64,000 nucleotides of DNA from a bacterium (GCA_037134875.1 JBAXLH010000004.1:1233-65232); one strand, 5' to 3'; positions 9,905 through 20,485 are shown, counted from the stretch's first letter. Made by a program: numbers and translations. Notes: generated by a model not told the origin, from the sequence alone.

Positions 9905-12151
9905 TTATGGATTCCAAAATGTTTTTTCTGTGGCTTGATTTATATAACTCAAATGACTTGCTTGGCTTGCGTATGGGGTAGGATCAGTAATGGTACTTAA
10001 AATTGCATCAATTTCATCTTGCTCAAGACTTCCATTAGCTTTCAAATCCCTCAAATGTGGTACAGAAAGTCTTCTGACAACATCGGGATTCTTTCTTGCC
10101 TCTGCTGACAATTCCCTGGTTTCCTTGACTGGAAGTTTTGGACCATTTCCTCCAACTGGACCAATAAGTGTATCCAGTGTTGCACCAGCAATTGTTACTG
10201 GTCTACCATTTACAATATTATCAATGTCATCTTGTCTATCTTTTTGAGCCTGTTCTTTCTTTGCTTTTTTCTTTGCTTCTTCTGTCTTTTCTTGTTCCTC
10301 TACAGAAAGTGCATCTCTTCGCGCTGTTACATCGGCGGTCAGACCATCATCAGTAAGTGCCTTTTCAAATTCAACTCTATCTCGAGGAGAAAGTTTTTCG
10401 TATATATAATCTTTTTCACTATCAGTCTTCTTTGATTTGTAGAGTTTGAGTAGTCCGGCCCAATCTTTTGCATTGGAATGCATTTTGATTTGTTCATCAA
10501 TAGGAAGTTTCTCTCTTAGTTTTTCTGTCAAAGCTGGATCACCCAAAGCCTTGTCAACAGAAATTCTGTCTCTTTCAGATAACTTCTTGTACATATATTG
10601 TTGTTCTTTCAAATCGCCATTCTTTTTGATTGCTTCTGATAGTCCAACAAAATCTCGCTTCTTGACATACGAGTCAACAACTTTGTCGAGGTTTGCATTA
10701 GTCTCCTTCTTCTTTGTTTCAGCAGCAGCGGCTCGTCCTCCTTCCCCAGCCTTTTCATTAAATGGAAGTCCCTTTCCAAGATTTACACCGGTAACTTTTG
10801 ATGCTGTTTCCATAACACCAGTTTTTCTTACATCAAACGTGCTTTTTGCAAGAGAAAGACGGGTTGCCGCTACCTTATCACCAGCCGCTGCTTTTGCTTC
10901 CAATTCATCAACACTGGTGCCTCTTAATGCTAGTCTACCAGCAGTTTGTCTACCAGCGAATGCTGCACCACCAAGTAGTGCTCCACCAGCGGCAGCTGTT
11001 GCCCAGTTGGTCGCTTGACCAATGAGTTTATTTCCTTTTGTGGACTGAGTCTTTGCGACACTGAGAGACAATATGATAAATCCGATAACCATTGCGAAAT
11101 TGACGAGGATTCCAATTGGTGAAGATGAAGGATTTGCTGTGGCGCTGGCCGACGCTGCTAAGTCTGCACTGTTTGTAATGCTACTCCAAGCGGCAGGAGT
11201 GATACTCATTGATGAAGTTAGTCCAGACATAAGAGTGAGGACGACCCACGTCATGAGCATATACAGTGGTGCAAATGTGAGCTGACCCATGAGGGCATCC
11301 CACCAGTCACCTTGGTACTTTTTCATAAAATCAAGCGCAATGCCCATATACCCTATCGGAGAGAGTGCGAGAAGAAACACAAGTACGAAATATCGAATGA
11401 TAAACATAACACTGACAGCAAAGAACACCACGGATGTAACAAGGAAAAGTATCGCGGCCAGTGTTCCAATCATAAATACATTGAAATCACTTCCTCCAAA
11501 TTGGGCTGCAAATTTTGCTTTGTCGGTCGCATACAAACCTTGCAAGCCCATTGCTCCTTGGAATGCATTTGCCAGTCCTTTATTGTTTTGGAGTGCTTCA
11601 GGACCGATGATAGAGTTGTATACGCCAACAGTGACAACATTTGATGCGTCAATTAAAACTTTTGTAAAGAAAAGACTAAAATTTATAAGGAGAGATGCCA
11701 TCACAATGCCAACAATAAATTTTTTTGCATCTTTGTGCTCTACGCCAATAATTCGTTTGATTGATTCGTAGACGAGAATAAATATGAAGGCAATATTCAT
11801 AATGTCGCGAATAACTTTCCATGCAACGTTTATACCCGGCAAAAGAGATAGGTTTTCTGCCATTTTGACAACGGTATAATTGAGTACGTAGTTGAGCAGA
11901 ATACCCAGAAGACCAAGTACCCACGCCATAAATGACATAAGCAGATAGCCAATCCAGCCGAGAACGGTAAGAAGGATATCTGCTACAAAGCCAGTACTAC
12001 TATTTGAACTTTTTTGTTGATCACTTCTTGCTTGTTGAGCCTGAGGGGTGGCAGAAGTATTTATTGGTATAACTTGAGAATAAGAAAGAACTGGCACAAA
12101 AAATGCGAGGAGTATGACAGCTATTCCTATGTATGCAAAAACTTTTTTCAT
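9905..12151 (-). CDS. VirB6/TrbL-like polytopic membrane protein
   Basis: AWKVIRDIMNIAFI, LLINFSLFFTKVLIDASN, IIRYFVLVFLLALSPI; charged C-terminal domain. Confidence 0.75.
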   Translation of the reverse strand: MKKVFAYIGIAVILLAFFVPVLSYSQVIPINTSATPQAQQARSDQQKSSNSSTGFVADILLTVLGWIGYLLMSFMAWVLGLLGILLNYVLNYTVVKMAENLSLLPGINVAWKVIRDIMNIAFIFILVYESIKRIIGVEHKDAKKFIVGIVMASLLINFSLFFTKVLIDASNVVTVGVYNSIIGPEALQNNKGLANAFQGAMGLQGLYATDKAKFAAQFGGSDFNVFMIGTLAAILFLVTSVVFFAVSVMFIIRYFVLVFLLALSPIGYMGIALDFMKKYQGDWWDALMGQLTFAPLYMLMTWVVLTLMSGLTSSMSITPAAWSSITNSADLAASASATANPSSSPIGILVNFAMVIGFIILSLSVAKTQSTKGNKLIGQATNWATAAAGGALLGGAAFAGRQTAGRLALRGTSVDELEAKAAAGDKVAATRLSLAKSTFDVRKTGVMETASKVTGVNLGKGLPFNEKAGEGGRAAAAETKKKETNANLDKVVDSYVKKRDFVGLSEAIKKNGDLKEQQYMYKKLSERDRISVDKALGDPALTEKLREKLPIDEQIKMHSNAKDWAGLLKLYKSKKTDSEKDYIYEKLSPRDRVEFEKALTDDGLTADVTARRDALSVEEQEKTEEAKKKAKKEQAQKDRQDDIDNIVNGRPVTIAGATLDTLIGPVGGNGPKLPVKETRELSAEARKNPDVVRRLSVPHLRDLKANGSLEQDEIDAILSTITDPTPYASQASHLSYINQATEKTFWNP

Positions 12152-12165
12152 TTAATACGCATAAA

Positions 12166-13587
12166 CTAATTAACTGGAATTACAGGTATTGATCCATTTG
12201 TTGGTGGCGGAAGTGTTGTTGAATCTCGTTCTTTCTGCATTGTATCCTTCATCTCTGCTTTTGATGGGATATCAAGTTGTGTCGAGGGAGCAGTAGGCAT
12301 CGTTTCTTGTTTTACTGTTGTTACAGTATTGAGAACATTCTGATCCTCGGCTTTTGATTGTACTGACCCTGCTGTCATTTGCTGGATAAGAGATGATGGT
12401 TGAGACGGACTGCTCTGTGTGAGTCCTCGTACCCCCTTGCCTATTCCTCCTACAACCTGCTGTACAAGTTGTGTCATAAGGGCACTGACAACTTGGTTTA
12501 TTGATTGGGTCAGCTCGAGTTGTCTGATACTACTACCAAACGTGTTTTCAAGTTGGGATTCAATAACACTTCCTGGAGTATTGACTTGTGTTTTACCATT
12601 TGGGCAGTCTGCCAAGACGCTGTTGTTTGATGAAGTGTCAACACGACTGTTTCCTGTGCTGAGTGATCCCTGACTCACCCACTTGCTTCCAGTGTATACT
12701 TGAATATCACTTTGAGTACATGATGGACCGACTGGGCCATAGTCTGGTGCAGGATAACTTATTTCTACACCGTTTATTCCAGTACCAACGACACCCTTGA
12801 GACACACTGTCCTTTTTGATCCCGTTGTTGTTTGTCCACCACTATCTTCATCCGAATTATCACAGGTTTCCCACGAGAGAAATCCGCGACCTTGGGTAAT
12901 TTGTTCGCTGTATTTTTTGTTTTGTGTACCGATTTGGGCTGAAAGTGAGTTTTTTGCCTCTAAATATGCACCATACGGGTTGTTTTGATTGTTTTGAGTT
13001 ACCTGAAACCATGACTCCCATCCACCATTGTCAAAGTTGTTTGTAAAATTATCAAAATTTTGTTCTATTTTGCCAAGTGTACAGGAATAACCCCTAGTAT
13101 CAGTTTCTTGTAGATAATTCTTGACAAGAGCGAGACGAATCTGGGCCTGGAATGGACTACAAAGTGAACTCAACGTTCCGTTTCCTGAGAGAAATTTTGC
13201 TGCAACATTATCTCCAACATTGAGAAAAAAACTTTCTGGATTTGTTACATATGCAGGGTTACCTTTGAAACCACTGTTTATCCAGTTGACTGTTTGTGCG
13301 GTAAGTTTGCGAATAATTTGTTTTGCAACGGCGTTTGCGAGAGTATCGAGGACGAATGATTTTGCATATTGGGCAAAAGAAAGGCCTGTATTTACTGTGT
13401 TTATTCCAGCATCTACACCTGTCGTAATAGTTGTTAATCCTCCCTCAACCTCTTGAGGTGGATCAAATGACACATCTCCTGCTCCAAGAAGAGCATGACT
13501 CTTTATTGGAAAAGTGAAAAGTATCAAAAAACAACACAAAACAGTCAGGATTATTTTTTTTGATGTATTGTTTATAAAATTCATCAA
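12166..13587 (-). CDS. Exported protein of the T4SS-like cluster
   Basis: Signal peptide; VNWINSGFKGNPAYV, GGWESW, NNPYG, GFLSW, TPGSVI motifs. Confidence 0.6.
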   Translation of the reverse strand: MMNFINNTSKKIILTVLCCFLILFTFPIKSHALLGAGDVSFDPPQEVEGGLTTITTGVDAGINTVNTGLSFAQYAKSFVLDTLANAVAKQIIRKLTAQTVNWINSGFKGNPAYVTNPESFFLNVGDNVAAKFLSGNGTLSSLCSPFQAQIRLALVKNYLQETDTRGYSCTLGKIEQNFDNFTNNFDNGGWESWFQVTQNNQNNPYGAYLEAKNSLSAQIGTQNKKYSEQITQGRGFLSWETCDNSDEDSGGQTTTGSKRTVCLKGVVGTGINGVEISYPAPDYGPVGPSCTQSDIQVYTGSKWVSQGSLSTGNSRVDTSSNNSVLADCPNGKTQVNTPGSVIESQLENTFGSSIRQLELTQSINQVVSALMTQLVQQVVGGIGKGVRGLTQSSPSQPSSLIQQMTAGSVQSKAEDQNVLNTVTTVKQETMPTAPSTQLDIPSKAEMKDTMQKERDSTTLPPPTNGSIPVIPVN

Positions 13588-13653
13588 TTTTCTATTATAT
13601 ATTAATTATACAACAAAATTTTCTTTCCATATATGTGTTTATGTTGAAAAGTA

Positions 13654-14475
13654 TCATTTTTGTGAAGATAGATAATCACTTACACTCTGAAGTGCTTTAT
13701 AGAAATCAAGTGAATGTTGTTTGTATTGGCTCATTCCAACAAAACTACGAATTGGATCAGAAAAAGATTGTCTCATTGCCTCGGTATTTGATAAAACATT
13801 ACTTGCTGAATTTATTAGTTGCAAATGAACAGTCACGGCATCAGATGGAATGGTTAATTCCAGTAAATCACTTATAATTTTTTTGTCAGCGTCTATTATT
13901 GGGTCAAGTTTTTGCAGGTCACTTTCCTTTCCGGATGTTATGGCTCTATTTACAATAGTCAATTCACTATCCTTTATCCCAGGATCCCTTTTTTTGAAAA
14001 TTGAATTCATAGATTCAACGTATTTTTTTGCCAAATCTTTGTTTGTTGTTGGGCCAACATGAATATCATTTATTGTATATTGAACCCCTACAGCTTTTGT
14101 GTAATCTTGCGAAGAAAGTGTGTTTTGGGCTATTTGATCGGCCTGATCTTGACTAATTTGGCCGTTATTTTGGTTTGCGAGCAAAAGGTATTGGGAGAAA
14201 AAATCTTTTGATATTTGGTCTGTGTAAGTTCCCTCGTCCGGGTATGTATAAGCACTTTTTGAAGAAAGTTGCTTCGTGGTGCTTATGTCGTCAATATTGA
14301 GCCATTTTCCTCGTGGGTCGCTTGTTGTACCAAGTGCAATTTTTTGGTTCTCTACTTTGACGGAAGTCACTTTTTTTTGAGTATCTGGATTTTGTCTCTG
14401 GAATATCCATACAGACCCAACAATACCGAAACAAATGATCATAAGAACGATAATTTTTTTACTAGGGAGATTCAT
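13654..14475 (-). CDS. Membrane-anchored helical hypothetical protein
   Basis: N-terminal TM; co-oriented with the cluster. Confidence 0.6.
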   Translation of the reverse strand: MNLPSKKIIVLMIICFGIVGSVWIFQRQNPDTQKKVTSVKVENQKIALGTTSDPRGKWLNIDDISTTKQLSSKSAYTYPDEGTYTDQISKDFFSQYLLLANQNNGQISQDQADQIAQNTLSSQDYTKAVGVQYTINDIHVGPTTNKDLAKKYVESMNSIFKKRDPGIKDSELTIVNRAITSGKESDLQKLDPIIDADKKIISDLLELTIPSDAVTVHLQLINSASNVLSNTEAMRQSFSDPIRSFVGMSQYKQHSLDFYKALQSVSDYLSSQK

Positions 14476-14545
14476 ACAAAATAAATTATATCACACATAT
14501 TTTTTGTATGATATAATATATGCACATTAATCATAATTAAAACGT

Positions 14546-16096
14546 ATGAAAAAATATTTATTTACGATTCTCTCATTTTCTCTCTTGTTTTTAGGGTCAA
14601 ATGTGGGAGCGGTAACAAACTATACATATACTCTAACGCACAATAGCAATAACAGCTGGACGGTTACTCTCAATAATCCAGCATATAGTGTGAGCACAGA
14701 TCCTTTCTATGTTCCAGCAAATTATGGAATTACGGCAGTTTCTGTTGCTGACTTGAATACACAAAATCAATACAGATTTAATGCAAATTTACCGGGGAAT
14801 GTCGCTGGAAATACGGAATACGGTCATCTTTTTGCTTCTTTTATGGCTTCATATACTGAATTTGGTACAAAAACAAATTCAACTTTAGGTTCAGGTGGAA
14901 ATTTTGGAGGAAACTTCGACGATTCTCTCAAGGTAAATGGATCTCAGTCTATAACAGTCAAGCCAGGTGATCTTGTGAGTTATACATGGAATGCTACAGA
15001 TCCAAATGCAACTGCCTCAAATTTTTCTGTTGATTCATACTATACAGCAGATGTCGCTGACTCTTGTGCTGGCGGAATTTCTACTGCTGGTGTTACAAAA
15101 CCATGGGTTGCAAATGTTCCTGCTGGTGCGAGATCTTTCATTATTGGTGAGTGTCAAGCTGGGGTTACATACACGGTTACATTTAGAATAAACCATTCAA
15201 CAGGTGTTCAGGTTATAAAAACAGTTGTGGTCAAGGTTTCTGGTACAAATCAAAATGGAGGACAAACTCCACCAACAAATCCTGGGCAGGTACCTCCGGT
15301 GATTCCGCCAGTTGTTTTGACTGATTCTCTCTCGGTAAATGATAAACAAAGTGTGGTTGTAAATGTTGGTGATGCGTTGAGTTTTAAATGGACATCAATA
15401 GATGGAAATGGATACGATTCATATTATTCTGCGAACAAAGCGGACACATGTCTCGGAGGGTATTCAACGTCGGATATAGGAAACACAAAACCATGGGTTG
15501 CGTTTACTGCGTCTGGTTACAATATTCAAACAGCAAAACAGTGCCAAGCAGGAGTCACATATACTATTTATTACAGAATTTATAAAAATAATGCCACTCA
15601 GGTTATAAAAAATATTACTGTCACTGTAAATGGATCTGGAACGACTGGAACTACAGATCCTTCATCGGCTGTAAATCATTCATCTGGGTCGATCCCTCAG
15701 GCAGATAGAATGCAACAAAGAATCATTAATTCAACAAATGATGTGATCAATTCATATTTGGATCAATTCAGACGAACATCAGGATTGGATTCCTCTGGTG
15801 CTCCGGCACAAGATTCATCTACTGTTGCCGGATCGTGTCCACAACTCACATCAAACTTGCGACAGGGTGACAGTGGTGATGCTGTAACTCTGCTCTCAAA
15901 AGTTTTGGTGAGTGACGGCGAGTTAACTTCTGAGCAAAGTGCATTTAATACAACAATGTTTGACGCAGTCGTTGCATATCAAGAAAAGTATGCAGATCAA
16001 ATACTAACACCGTCCGGACTCGATAAAGGTACTGGATTTGTTGGTCCAAGCACACGAGCATATATGAACAAAACAGTATTGAGTTGTCCAAAATAA
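14546..16096 (+). CDS. Secreted surface protein with two repeated domains and a C-terminal peptidoglycan-binding domain
   Basis: Signal peptide; duplicated DSL.VN...KPWVA...CQAGVTY domain; LRQGDSGDAVTLL...AVVAYQ...GTGFVGPSTR. Confidence 0.75.
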   Translation: MKKYLFTILSFSLLFLGSNVGAVTNYTYTLTHNSNNSWTVTLNNPAYSVSTDPFYVPANYGITAVSVADLNTQNQYRFNANLPGNVAGNTEYGHLFASFMASYTEFGTKTNSTLGSGGNFGGNFDDSLKVNGSQSITVKPGDLVSYTWNATDPNATASNFSVDSYYTADVADSCAGGISTAGVTKPWVANVPAGARSFIIGECQAGVTYTVTFRINHSTGVQVIKTVVVKVSGTNQNGGQTPPTNPGQVPPVIPPVVLTDSLSVNDKQSVVVNVGDALSFKWTSIDGNGYDSYYSANKADTCLGGYSTSDIGNTKPWVAFTASGYNIQTAKQCQAGVTYTIYYRIYKNNATQVIKNITVTVNGSGTTGTTDPSSAVNHSSGSIPQADRMQQRIINSTNDVINSYLDQFRRTSGLDSSGAPAQDSSTVAGSCPQLTSNLRQGDSGDAVTLLSKVLVSDGELTSEQSAFNTTMFDAVVAYQEKYADQILTPSGLDKGTGFVGPSTRAYMNKTVLSCPK

Positions 16097-16106
16097 TTCT
16101 CTAGAA

Positions 16107-16892
16107 TTATTCAGTCAAAAGTTTTGTCAGTAATACCCAAGTTTCCAAAGGCAGATCCTCCGATCTGCTTTTTTGGTCGAGATTTATTTTTTCAAAAACT
16201 GAAATGAGTTTTTGTTTTTCGAACAAAGAAGTAAGATTTGGTAAAAGCTGTTTGCGTTTGTGTGCAAATCCTGCGTGAATGATTTCAAAAAACTTTTTTT
16301 CGTCGGCACCATTCAGTTTTGATTTTGAAATATTACTGATATGCAAAACAGCTGAGTCAACATTTGGTTGTGGAGAAAATGCTCCCCTGCCCACCATGCG
16401 TACGTATGTTGGTGTGCCATACACTTTGACAGAGAGCGAAAGTAAACTTTCTTTATTGTCTCTTGCAACGATTCTTTCGGCAACTTCTTTTTGTAGGAGG
16501 AGAGTCATTGAATTTGGTTGATTTTTTGACTCCAAAAATTGGCGAATGATTTGTCCTGTAATGTAATATGGAATGTTTGCAACAATGTTATATTTTTTGC
16601 CGGTAAAAATTTCTTCCGAACTGATTTCCAAAATATCTTTGTGAATGAGAGTAAACTGTCCGGACGAAATTTCTTTTTCAAATTTTTCTGAGAGTATTGG
16701 AATGAGTCGATCATCTTTTTCAACCGACACAACATTGCTACCAGTTGCAAGGAGTGCGCCTGTCAAAATCCCCTCACCTGGGCCGATTTCGAGTATGTTA
16801 TCGTCTGCTTTAGCACCACTCGCCAAAACAATATCATCAATTATTTTGTGAGATGTGAGAAAATTTTGTCCAAGTGATTTTTTGTGTAACAT
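16107..16892 (-). CDS. rsmA: 16S rRNA dimethyladenosine transferase
   Basis: KKSLGQNFL, LEIGPGEG, VANIPYYIT, PNVDSAV. Confidence 0.96.
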   Translation of the reverse strand: MLHKKSLGQNFLTSHKIIDDIVLASGAKADDNILEIGPGEGILTGALLATGSNVVSVEKDDRLIPILSEKFEKEISSGQFTLIHKDILEISSEEIFTGKKYNIVANIPYYITGQIIRQFLESKNQPNSMTLLLQKEVAERIVARDNKESLLSLSVKVYGTPTYVRMVGRGAFSPQPNVDSAVLHISNISKSKLNGADEKKFFEIIHAGFAHKRKQLLPNLTSLFEKQKLISVFEKINLDQKSRSEDLPLETWVLLTKLLTE

Positions 16893-16921
16893 AGGGTTTT
16901 CTGATTCTAGAATTAAAGAGC

Positions 16922-19018
16922 TTAAAAATCAATACTAAAAAGTGGAGCCCGTGTTGTTTGTCCGGCATAACTTTCTTTTTGTGTGTACTTTTCTGGTATG
17001 TCATCGAGAAATTCTGACGGAGAATTTATTTCAGTGTTGCCGAAAATCGTGCGTGTTTGAGCGTGCGTCAAGAATAATTTTTTGCCAGCGCGTGTAATCG
17101 CGACATAAAAAAGTCGTCGCTCCTCTTCTCGATCCTCCTTTGTCTTCTTGTCGCCAAAACCTTTGTGTGGGAAAAGGTCGGATTCGAGTCCGGAAATAAA
17201 TACGTACGGAAACTCGAGTCCTTTTGATGCGTGGACAGTCATAAGTCGCACACCGGTTTTTTGTCCATCAAGAGAATCTTGGTCGCCAGCAAGAGATGAA
17301 TCTGTCAAAAACTTTTCAATTCTCTCTGTTCCGATTTGTTCGGAATTCCCACTTTCATATTCATCATATTCTTTTGCGAGTGATACGAGCTCCATAATGT
17401 TTTCAAGTCTCTCGGTGTCCTCCTCTGTACCAGTCGAATACATTTTTTCTATTCCTGATTTTTCTATGATGTATCGGATAGCGTCAGATGGTTTCTCTTT
17501 TTCTAAAACATTTCTAAAATCCAAAAGTGTTTCTCTGAAATTCTGCAATTTTATTTTCATACTAGCGGGCAAATCATTTTCTGCTCCAGCTACGATTTTC
17601 TGTACAGATGTTTTACCAATACCTCTCGGAGGAATATTTATAATCCGCGCAAAGTCGCCGAGGGCATCGTAGTTGAGTGATGCTCTCACAAAAGACAAAA
17701 CATCTTTGATTTCTTTTCTCTCAAAAAATTTTGTGCCGAGCATTTGGTATGGAACATTGAATGCTAGAAATGCCTCCTCGAGAGCTCGCGACTGAAAGTT
17801 GGCTCGATACAACACTGCTATTTCATCGGCACTCACACCGTTTTCAATTAGGTTTTTTGATTTGAAAGCGATAAACTGTGCCTCGTCTGTTTCGTTGCGA
17901 GCTTCAAATACACCGATCTCCTCCCCTATTTCATTTTCGGTAAAAAGTTTTTTTGGAATTCGAAATTCATTTTTTTGAATTATTTCATTTGCCACGGCCA
18001 AAATGTTTTTTGTTGAACGATAGTTTTGTTCCAGAAAAATAGTCGTGACGGTGGGATATATTTTCTCAAACCTGAGCATATTTTTTATTTCAGCTCCACG
18101 CCAGCTATAAATATTTTGGTCTGTATCTCCCACCACACAAATGTTTTTGTATTTTTGTGCGAGCAACTCCACAATATCGTTTTGAACTTTGTTGGTGTCT
18201 TGGTACTCGTCAATATGAATGTATTGGAATCTGTTTTGATATCTCTCCAAAACATCAGGAAATCTTTTGAAAAGTCCAAGCGTTTTGAGGAGTAGGTCGT
18301 CAAAATCGAGTGCTCCATCTCTTTTCAAAATATTTTCGTATATCTGCCAAACTTTTTTTGTTATCTCCGACGTGTAGTCGTATGCACCGTTTTCCATATA
18401 TTCGCCAACACTCGTACCACTTCCTTTTTCTTTGGAAATAATATGTCCGACTTTGTCCAAGTGTTCTTTTGGATCAATTCCGAGCTGTGTCAAAGCTTCT
18501 TTCATTGCCTTTTTTGAGTCTGACTTGTCAAAAATAGTAAAATATCTCGGCAAACCAAGCTTCTCGGCATTCTCTTTCAAAATATGTACGCCGAGAGAGT
18601 GGAAGGTACTAACGAAAGGTCTTGAAAATACGGAATGTGCTGAAGGAGAATGCTTTGACGGAACATTGCGCAGGTCGACGGACCGAGCACGAAGAAATTC
18701 GCCAGCAGGTGAATATTCTGTTTCCGGCAAAGTATTCTCTGAAGCAAATTCTGGATTTTCAAGAGAAAAGCAATCTTGATCATTTTTTTTATTGTCCAGC
18801 AATTTCATTACCCTCTCTTTCATCTCTTTCGCTGCTTTGTTGGTGAATGTGATGGCCAAAATGCTCTCTGGTGCCACACCTGTTTTAATAAGATGGAGAA
18901 TTCGATGGGTAATGGTTTTGGTTTTGCCTGCTCCAGCACCGGCCACAATTAAAACTGGTCCGTCAGTCGCCAAAACCGCCTTTTGTTGCTCTGTATTGAG
19001 GCTCGAAAGATAATTCAT
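16922..19018 (-). CDS. pcrA: ATP-dependent DNA helicase PcrA/UvrD with in-frame insertion
   Basis: AGAGAGKT, ITFTNKAA, STFHS, IDEYQD, GDTDQNIYSWRG, QNYRS, TVHASKGLEF, EERRLFYVAITR. Confidence 0.95.
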   Translation of the reverse strand: MNYLSSLNTEQQKAVLATDGPVLIVAGAGAGKTKTITHRILHLIKTGVAPESILAITFTNKAAKEMKERVMKLLDNKKNDQDCFSLENPEFASENTLPETEYSPAGEFLRARSVDLRNVPSKHSPSAHSVFSRPFVSTFHSLGVHILKENAEKLGLPRYFTIFDKSDSKKAMKEALTQLGIDPKEHLDKVGHIISKEKGSGTSVGEYMENGAYDYTSEITKKVWQIYENILKRDGALDFDDLLLKTLGLFKRFPDVLERYQNRFQYIHIDEYQDTNKVQNDIVELLAQKYKNICVVGDTDQNIYSWRGAEIKNMLRFEKIYPTVTTIFLEQNYRSTKNILAVANEIIQKNEFRIPKKLFTENEIGEEIGVFEARNETDEAQFIAFKSKNLIENGVSADEIAVLYRANFQSRALEEAFLAFNVPYQMLGTKFFERKEIKDVLSFVRASLNYDALGDFARIINIPPRGIGKTSVQKIVAGAENDLPASMKIKLQNFRETLLDFRNVLEKEKPSDAIRYIIEKSGIEKMYSTGTEEDTERLENIMELVSLAKEYDEYESGNSEQIGTERIEKFLTDSSLAGDQDSLDGQKTGVRLMTVHASKGLEFPYVFISGLESDLFPHKGFGDKKTKEDREEERRLFYVAITRAGKKLFLTHAQTRTIFGNTEINSPSEFLDDIPEKYTQKESYAGQTTRAPLFSIDF
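18620..18764 (+). repeat. Structured element family A, copy inside pcrA
   Basis: Imperfect outer stem TCTTGAAAAT...CGGAA/TTCCG...ATTTTCAAGA around CATTGCGCAGGTCGACGGACCGAGCACGAAGAAATTCGCCAGCAGGTGAATATTC. Confidence 0.85.
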
Positions 19019-19142
19019 TGTCTGATTGTAACATTAAATGAGGATTTTAAAACGGAAAACCTATTAAAAAGATTTGCACTTTTTAGGTTGAATTGGCTGT
19101 CAGAAATGATACAATGTAGCGTATACGGATAGATTTTGCATT

Positions 19143-20300
19143 GTGGCTTACCTTAGCCATAATATCGCAGAAAATACAGAATTTTTGTTTAATTTTGAGC
19201 TTATTCGAGCCAAAAATCAGGATCCCAAATCTTGCTCTGGTCTAAAAATCGTGTCCACGTTTGTCACGGGATTAGGCAAAATACGGGTGAATATACTGAC
19301 GACCGCGTTTCTCATTCTATTTTTGACGGCGTCAACATTTGTACCGACAACTGCACAAGCTTCGGGATTTTTTGGTTGGTTGTTTGGTCCAAAAGTTCAA
19401 GCAGAAGAAGAGAAACCAAATTCCCAATCAACAGCTTTGGCGCTCCAGGCAGTTAACTCTCCTGACCTACAAGCAACAACATCAACTGTCGATGTTCCAA
19501 TTGTAGACAATTCATCCCTTTCTGCCGACACAAAAGGTTCAACTGATTCAAAAAATTCAACACCAAGTGCTGATCAGATTAGTATTTACGTTGTTCACAA
19601 GGGTGACACACTTGCAGATATTGCGAAAATGTTTGGTGTATCAAAAAACACAATTGTATGGGCAAACGATTTGCAGGGTAAAAGTATTTCAGTTGGCCAA
19701 ACACTTGTTATTCTGCCTATTTCTGGAGTACAACATATTGTCAAAAAAGGAGATACTCTCCAAAGTATAGCTAAACTCTACAAAGCAGATTTGCAAGAAA
19801 TTTTGCAGTACAATGATTTGACCATATCCTCAAAACTTGCAATCGGAGATGAAATTTTGATTCCTGATGGTGAAATTTCCCCAACACAGACAACCGGATC
19901 AAGCAAAACAAACAATGCTGGTGTTGGAACACGTGGTTCATCAACCCCTTCATACAATGGATATTATATGAGACCTATTATCGGAGGAATAAAAACACAA
20001 GGCATACATGGACACAATGGTGTTGATCTTGCGTCTGCTTACGGATCAAATATTATGGCCTCTGCTTCCGGTAAAGTGATTATTGCTCGTAGTGGTGGAT
20101 GGAATGGTGGATATGGATCATATGTGGTTATCAGTCATTCAAATGGTACACAAACATTGTATGGTCACTTGAGTGAAGTTGATGTGTTGCCAGGAGATGA
20201 TGTGGAACAAGGTCAAGTAATCGGAAAAATGGGAAGCACTGGAAAATCTACGGGAACACATTTGCACTTCGAGATACGTGGTGCTCGCAATCCATTCTAA
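19143..20300 (+). CDS. LysM-domain M23 family peptidase (true start probably downstream)
   Basis: Two LysM repeats (YVVHKGDTL, HIVKKGDTL); HNGVDL, YGHL, HLHFEI. Confidence 0.92.
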   Translation: MAYLSHNIAENTEFLFNFELIRAKNQDPKSCSGLKIVSTFVTGLGKIRVNILTTAFLILFLTASTFVPTTAQASGFFGWLFGPKVQAEEEKPNSQSTALALQAVNSPDLQATTSTVDVPIVDNSSLSADTKGSTDSKNSTPSADQISIYVVHKGDTLADIAKMFGVSKNTIVWANDLQGKSISVGQTLVILPISGVQHIVKKGDTLQSIAKLYKADLQEILQYNDLTISSKLAIGDEILIPDGEISPTQTTGSSKTNNAGVGTRGSSTPSYNGYYMRPIIGGIKTQGIHGHNGVDLASAYGSNIMASASGKVIIARSGGWNGGYGSYVVISHSNGTQTLYGHLSEVDVLPGDDVEQGQVIGKMGSTGKSTGTHLHFEIRGARNPF

Positions 20301-20301
20301 G

Positions 20302-20423
20302 AAACTTTCAAATTTGGCGATCTCCTAGTTTCGAAACAAAAAATACTCGTCAACGTACCATTGTACGTTTCCGAGTATTTTTTTGTTTCTCAATGTCGGA
20401 TCTCATCCAAATTGTGAAAGTTT
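20302..20423 (+). repeat. Palindromic element family C, long copy
   Basis: CAAATTTGGCGATCTCCTAGTT...GGATCTCATCCAAATT enclosing a long inner hairpin; 22 nt identical to 40459-40480. Confidence 0.8.
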
Positions 20424-20485
20424 TTTTAATTTCGATTTTTTTACAATCTGATGCCAATAAAAATCCTCAGAACGTTACTTCCGAA

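Noticed and set aside
18620-18764. Intein or self-splicing intron in pcrA
   Set aside because: No intein terminal residues (C/S...HN) and too short, with no group I/II core motifs
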